Assembly (NCBI GenBank): GCA_963664535.1
Contig: OY761465.1
Span: 2,063,879 to 2,127,878, forward strand
Origin: Candidatus Binatia bacterium
GTDB taxonomy: Bacteria; Desulfobacterota; Binatia; UBA9968; JAJDTQ01
Length of the DNA: 64,000 nucleotides
Direction: 5' to 3'
Shown: in pieces, positions 62,476 through 64,000 of the stretch
Numbering within the stretch: position 1 is the first letter of the stretch
Layout: every line of letters begins with the position of its first letter
Position numbers and translations under genes: made by a program
The notes under the pieces: generated by a model
The model's database searches: none
What the model was told of the DNA's origin: nothing
What the model saw: only the letters and a program-made list of their open reading frames with translations

Positions 62476-62574
62476 CGTCATTCCCGCGAAAGCGGGAATC
62501 CAGGTGGGGTGAGGCGGGGAGACGCCCGTTTGGCCCCACCCCGCCCCTGGATTCCCGCTTTCGCGGGAATGACG
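62476..62574. repeat. CGTC-type REP doublet
   Basis: CGTCATTCCCGCGAAAGCGGGAATCC - ~49 bp - GGATTCCCGCTTTCGCGGGAATGACG. Confidence 0.92.
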
Positions 62575-62661
62575 AAAAGGAATGCACCTGCTCCGCTGCC
62601 GCTTTTGATTCCCACCTCCATGTGATACCCGTTACCGTTCACTCATCCGAAGGAGGCACAC

Positions 62662-63018
62662 GTGGCAGCAGAGACCAGCATTGGAGCCGTCAAGGAGCAG
62701 ATCAAGGCGCTTAGGGAAGAGAAGACCGGAGTCGAGGAGTCGGGCAAACGAGAGATCCTGCGGCAGAAGATCCGGCGACTGAAGCGGAAGACCCGCAAGC
62801 TGTCACAAGAGGCCACGCTCCCGGCGCAGAGCGCCGCCTCGGCTCAGGTCGAGGCCGCGGCACCGGTAGAAGCGGCACCGGCGGAGGCCGCGCCAGAGCA
62901 GGCGGCAGCGGCGGAGACTGAGGCGCCGGCTGAAGCCCCGGCCCCGGCCGAAGACGCGCCGGCGGCAGCCGCCGAACCCGAAGCCAAGGACGACGAGGAG
63001 CCCACGGGCACTCCCTGA
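62662..63018 (+). CDS. Hypothetical protein: basic helical hairpin plus Ala/Glu/Pro-rich tail
   Basis: AAGGAGG RBS, GTG start; KEQIKALREEK...RQKIRRLKRKTRKL then low-complexity AEAP repeats. Confidence 0.7.
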   Translation: MAAETSIGAVKEQIKALREEKTGVEESGKREILRQKIRRLKRKTRKLSQEATLPAQSAASAQVEAAAPVEAAPAEAAPEQAAAAETEAPAEAPAPAEDAPAAAAEPEAKDDEEPTGTP

Positions 63019-63073
63019 CACTCTGATACCCATCTCGCCGGATCTCATTCCCGCCCGCTGCGAGGATGCGGAG

Positions 63074-64000
63074 TCAGGCGACATCCACCCTCGATCGCAG
63101 ATAGTCGACAACCTGGTCCGCGACCGCGTCGACACCCCGCTCTGCGGTCTTCAACACGATTTCCGGATTCTCGGGCGGTTCGTAGGGGCTGTCCACGCCG
63201 GTGAAGTTCCCGATCTCGCCGGCCCGTGCTTTCCGGTAGAGCCCCTTGGGATCGCGCTTCTCGCAGACCTCGATGGGGCAGTCGACGAACACCTCGATGA
63301 ACTCGCCTTCCCCCATCATTTCGCGGGCCATGCGGCGCTCGTCGCGGAAGGGCGAGATGACGGAAACCAGAACGATCAATCCCGCGTCGACGAACAGTCT
63401 GGCGACCTCGGCGATGCGTCGCACGTTCTCCACCCGGTCGGCCGCGGTGAAGCCGAGGTCCCGGGTCAACCCGTGCCGGAGATTGTCGCCGTCCAGAGTG
63501 TAGCTGTGCCGCCCCATGGCGTGCAGACGCTTCTCCACCGCGTTGGCGGTGGCCGATTTGCCCGCCCCTGACAACCCGGTGAGCCACAGGACGCAGGCCT
63601 TCTGGTTCTTTTGGGCCGCCCGCGCAGGCTTGTCGATGGCGAGTTGGTGGAGGGTCAGGTTGGAGCCGCGCCACAGGCCGAAATCGATCATGCCCGCGCC
63701 CACCGTCCCATGGGTGTAACGGTCGATGAGGATGAACCCGCCCGTCTCCCTCAGTTCCCGATAGGGGTCGAACGCGATCTGCCGGTCGAGGCCGATGTTG
63801 CAGTAGCCGATGTCGTTGAGAACAAGGGTCTTGGCCGCGGTGTGCTCCAGGTTGTCGACGTTGAGCCTGTGCTTGATGGCCGTGACCTGGGCCCCGGCCA
63901 GGCGCGTGCCGATCTTCAGCAGATACGGTCGTTCGGGCAGCAGCGGGGGCTCGTGCATCCAGACGATGTGGCAGGCGAACTGGTCGCTGAGGCTGGGCGG
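63074..64000 (-). CDS. cysNC: Bifunctional sulfate adenylyltransferase subunit 1 / APS kinase (CysNC/NodQ type), 5' part outside window
   Basis: Frame open to the window edge (..SDQFACHIVWM); TGGFILIDR..H.TVGAG, WLTGLSGAGKS, LDGDNLRHGL..DLGF, DRVENVRR, DPKGLY.KAR, FTG.DSPYE. Confidence 0.93.
   Translation of the reverse strand, partial: PPSLSDQFACHIVWMHEPPLLPERPYLLKIGTRLAGAQVTAIKHRLNVDNLEHTAAKTLVLNDIGYCNIGLDRQIAFDPYRELRETGGFILIDRYTHGTVGAGMIDFGLWRGSNLTLHQLAIDKPARAAQKNQKACVLWLTGLSGAGKSATANAVEKRLHAMGRHSYTLDGDNLRHGLTRDLGFTAADRVENVRRIAEVARLFVDAGLIVLVSVISPFRDERRMAREMMGEGEFIEVFVDCPIEVCEKRDPKGLYRKARAGEIGNFTGVDSPYEPPENPEIVLKTAERGVDAVADQVVDYLRSRVDVA

Overview
High-GC bacterial chromosome segment of deltaproteobacterial grade. 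That placement is inferred from a Geobacter-type pilin, recO-GlyRS-ppdK order, rubrerythrin-DUF3501, and many UbiD/XDH/F420-type catabolic genes; a Binatia-like, possibly host-associated organism is a guess only. Accessory blocks: (i) 0.3-4.8 kb surface-protein locus with a TbpB-like lipoprotein, then an inverse-autotransporter plus CARDB/DUF4189 lipoprotein cassette enclosed by ~176-bp inverted repeats; (ii) 10.8-18.3 kb defence-like island with three AAA+/DUF4143 ATPases plus a relic of a fourth, an Smr protein, a phosphorothioate-type SBD-HNH nuclease, an orphan Cys4 protein and a GNAT/DUF1778 TA pair; (iii) UbiD/DUF35/thiolase-like catabolic genes; (iv) a Fur/Zur regulator with a frameshifted His-rich outer-membrane protein and ZnuACB; (v) VapBC, a decayed HipBA and aromatic-catabolism genes. 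Core blocks: HD-archease-larB-thiL-lon-dnaJ-dnaK-grpE, recO-glyQS-ppdK-pilB-pilC-pilA, purE-purD-purH-alr, rbr-DUF3501-perR and a partial cysNC. Non-coding DNA carries about 11 CGTC-type REP (dRS3-like) loci, two of them translated into protein C-termini, and two 165-bp CTAG-ended MITEs sitting on stop codons. No rRNA, tRNA, CRISPR array, integrase or transposase was found. Several ORF-track starts were corrected by hand; product calls rest on motif recognition, not database searches.
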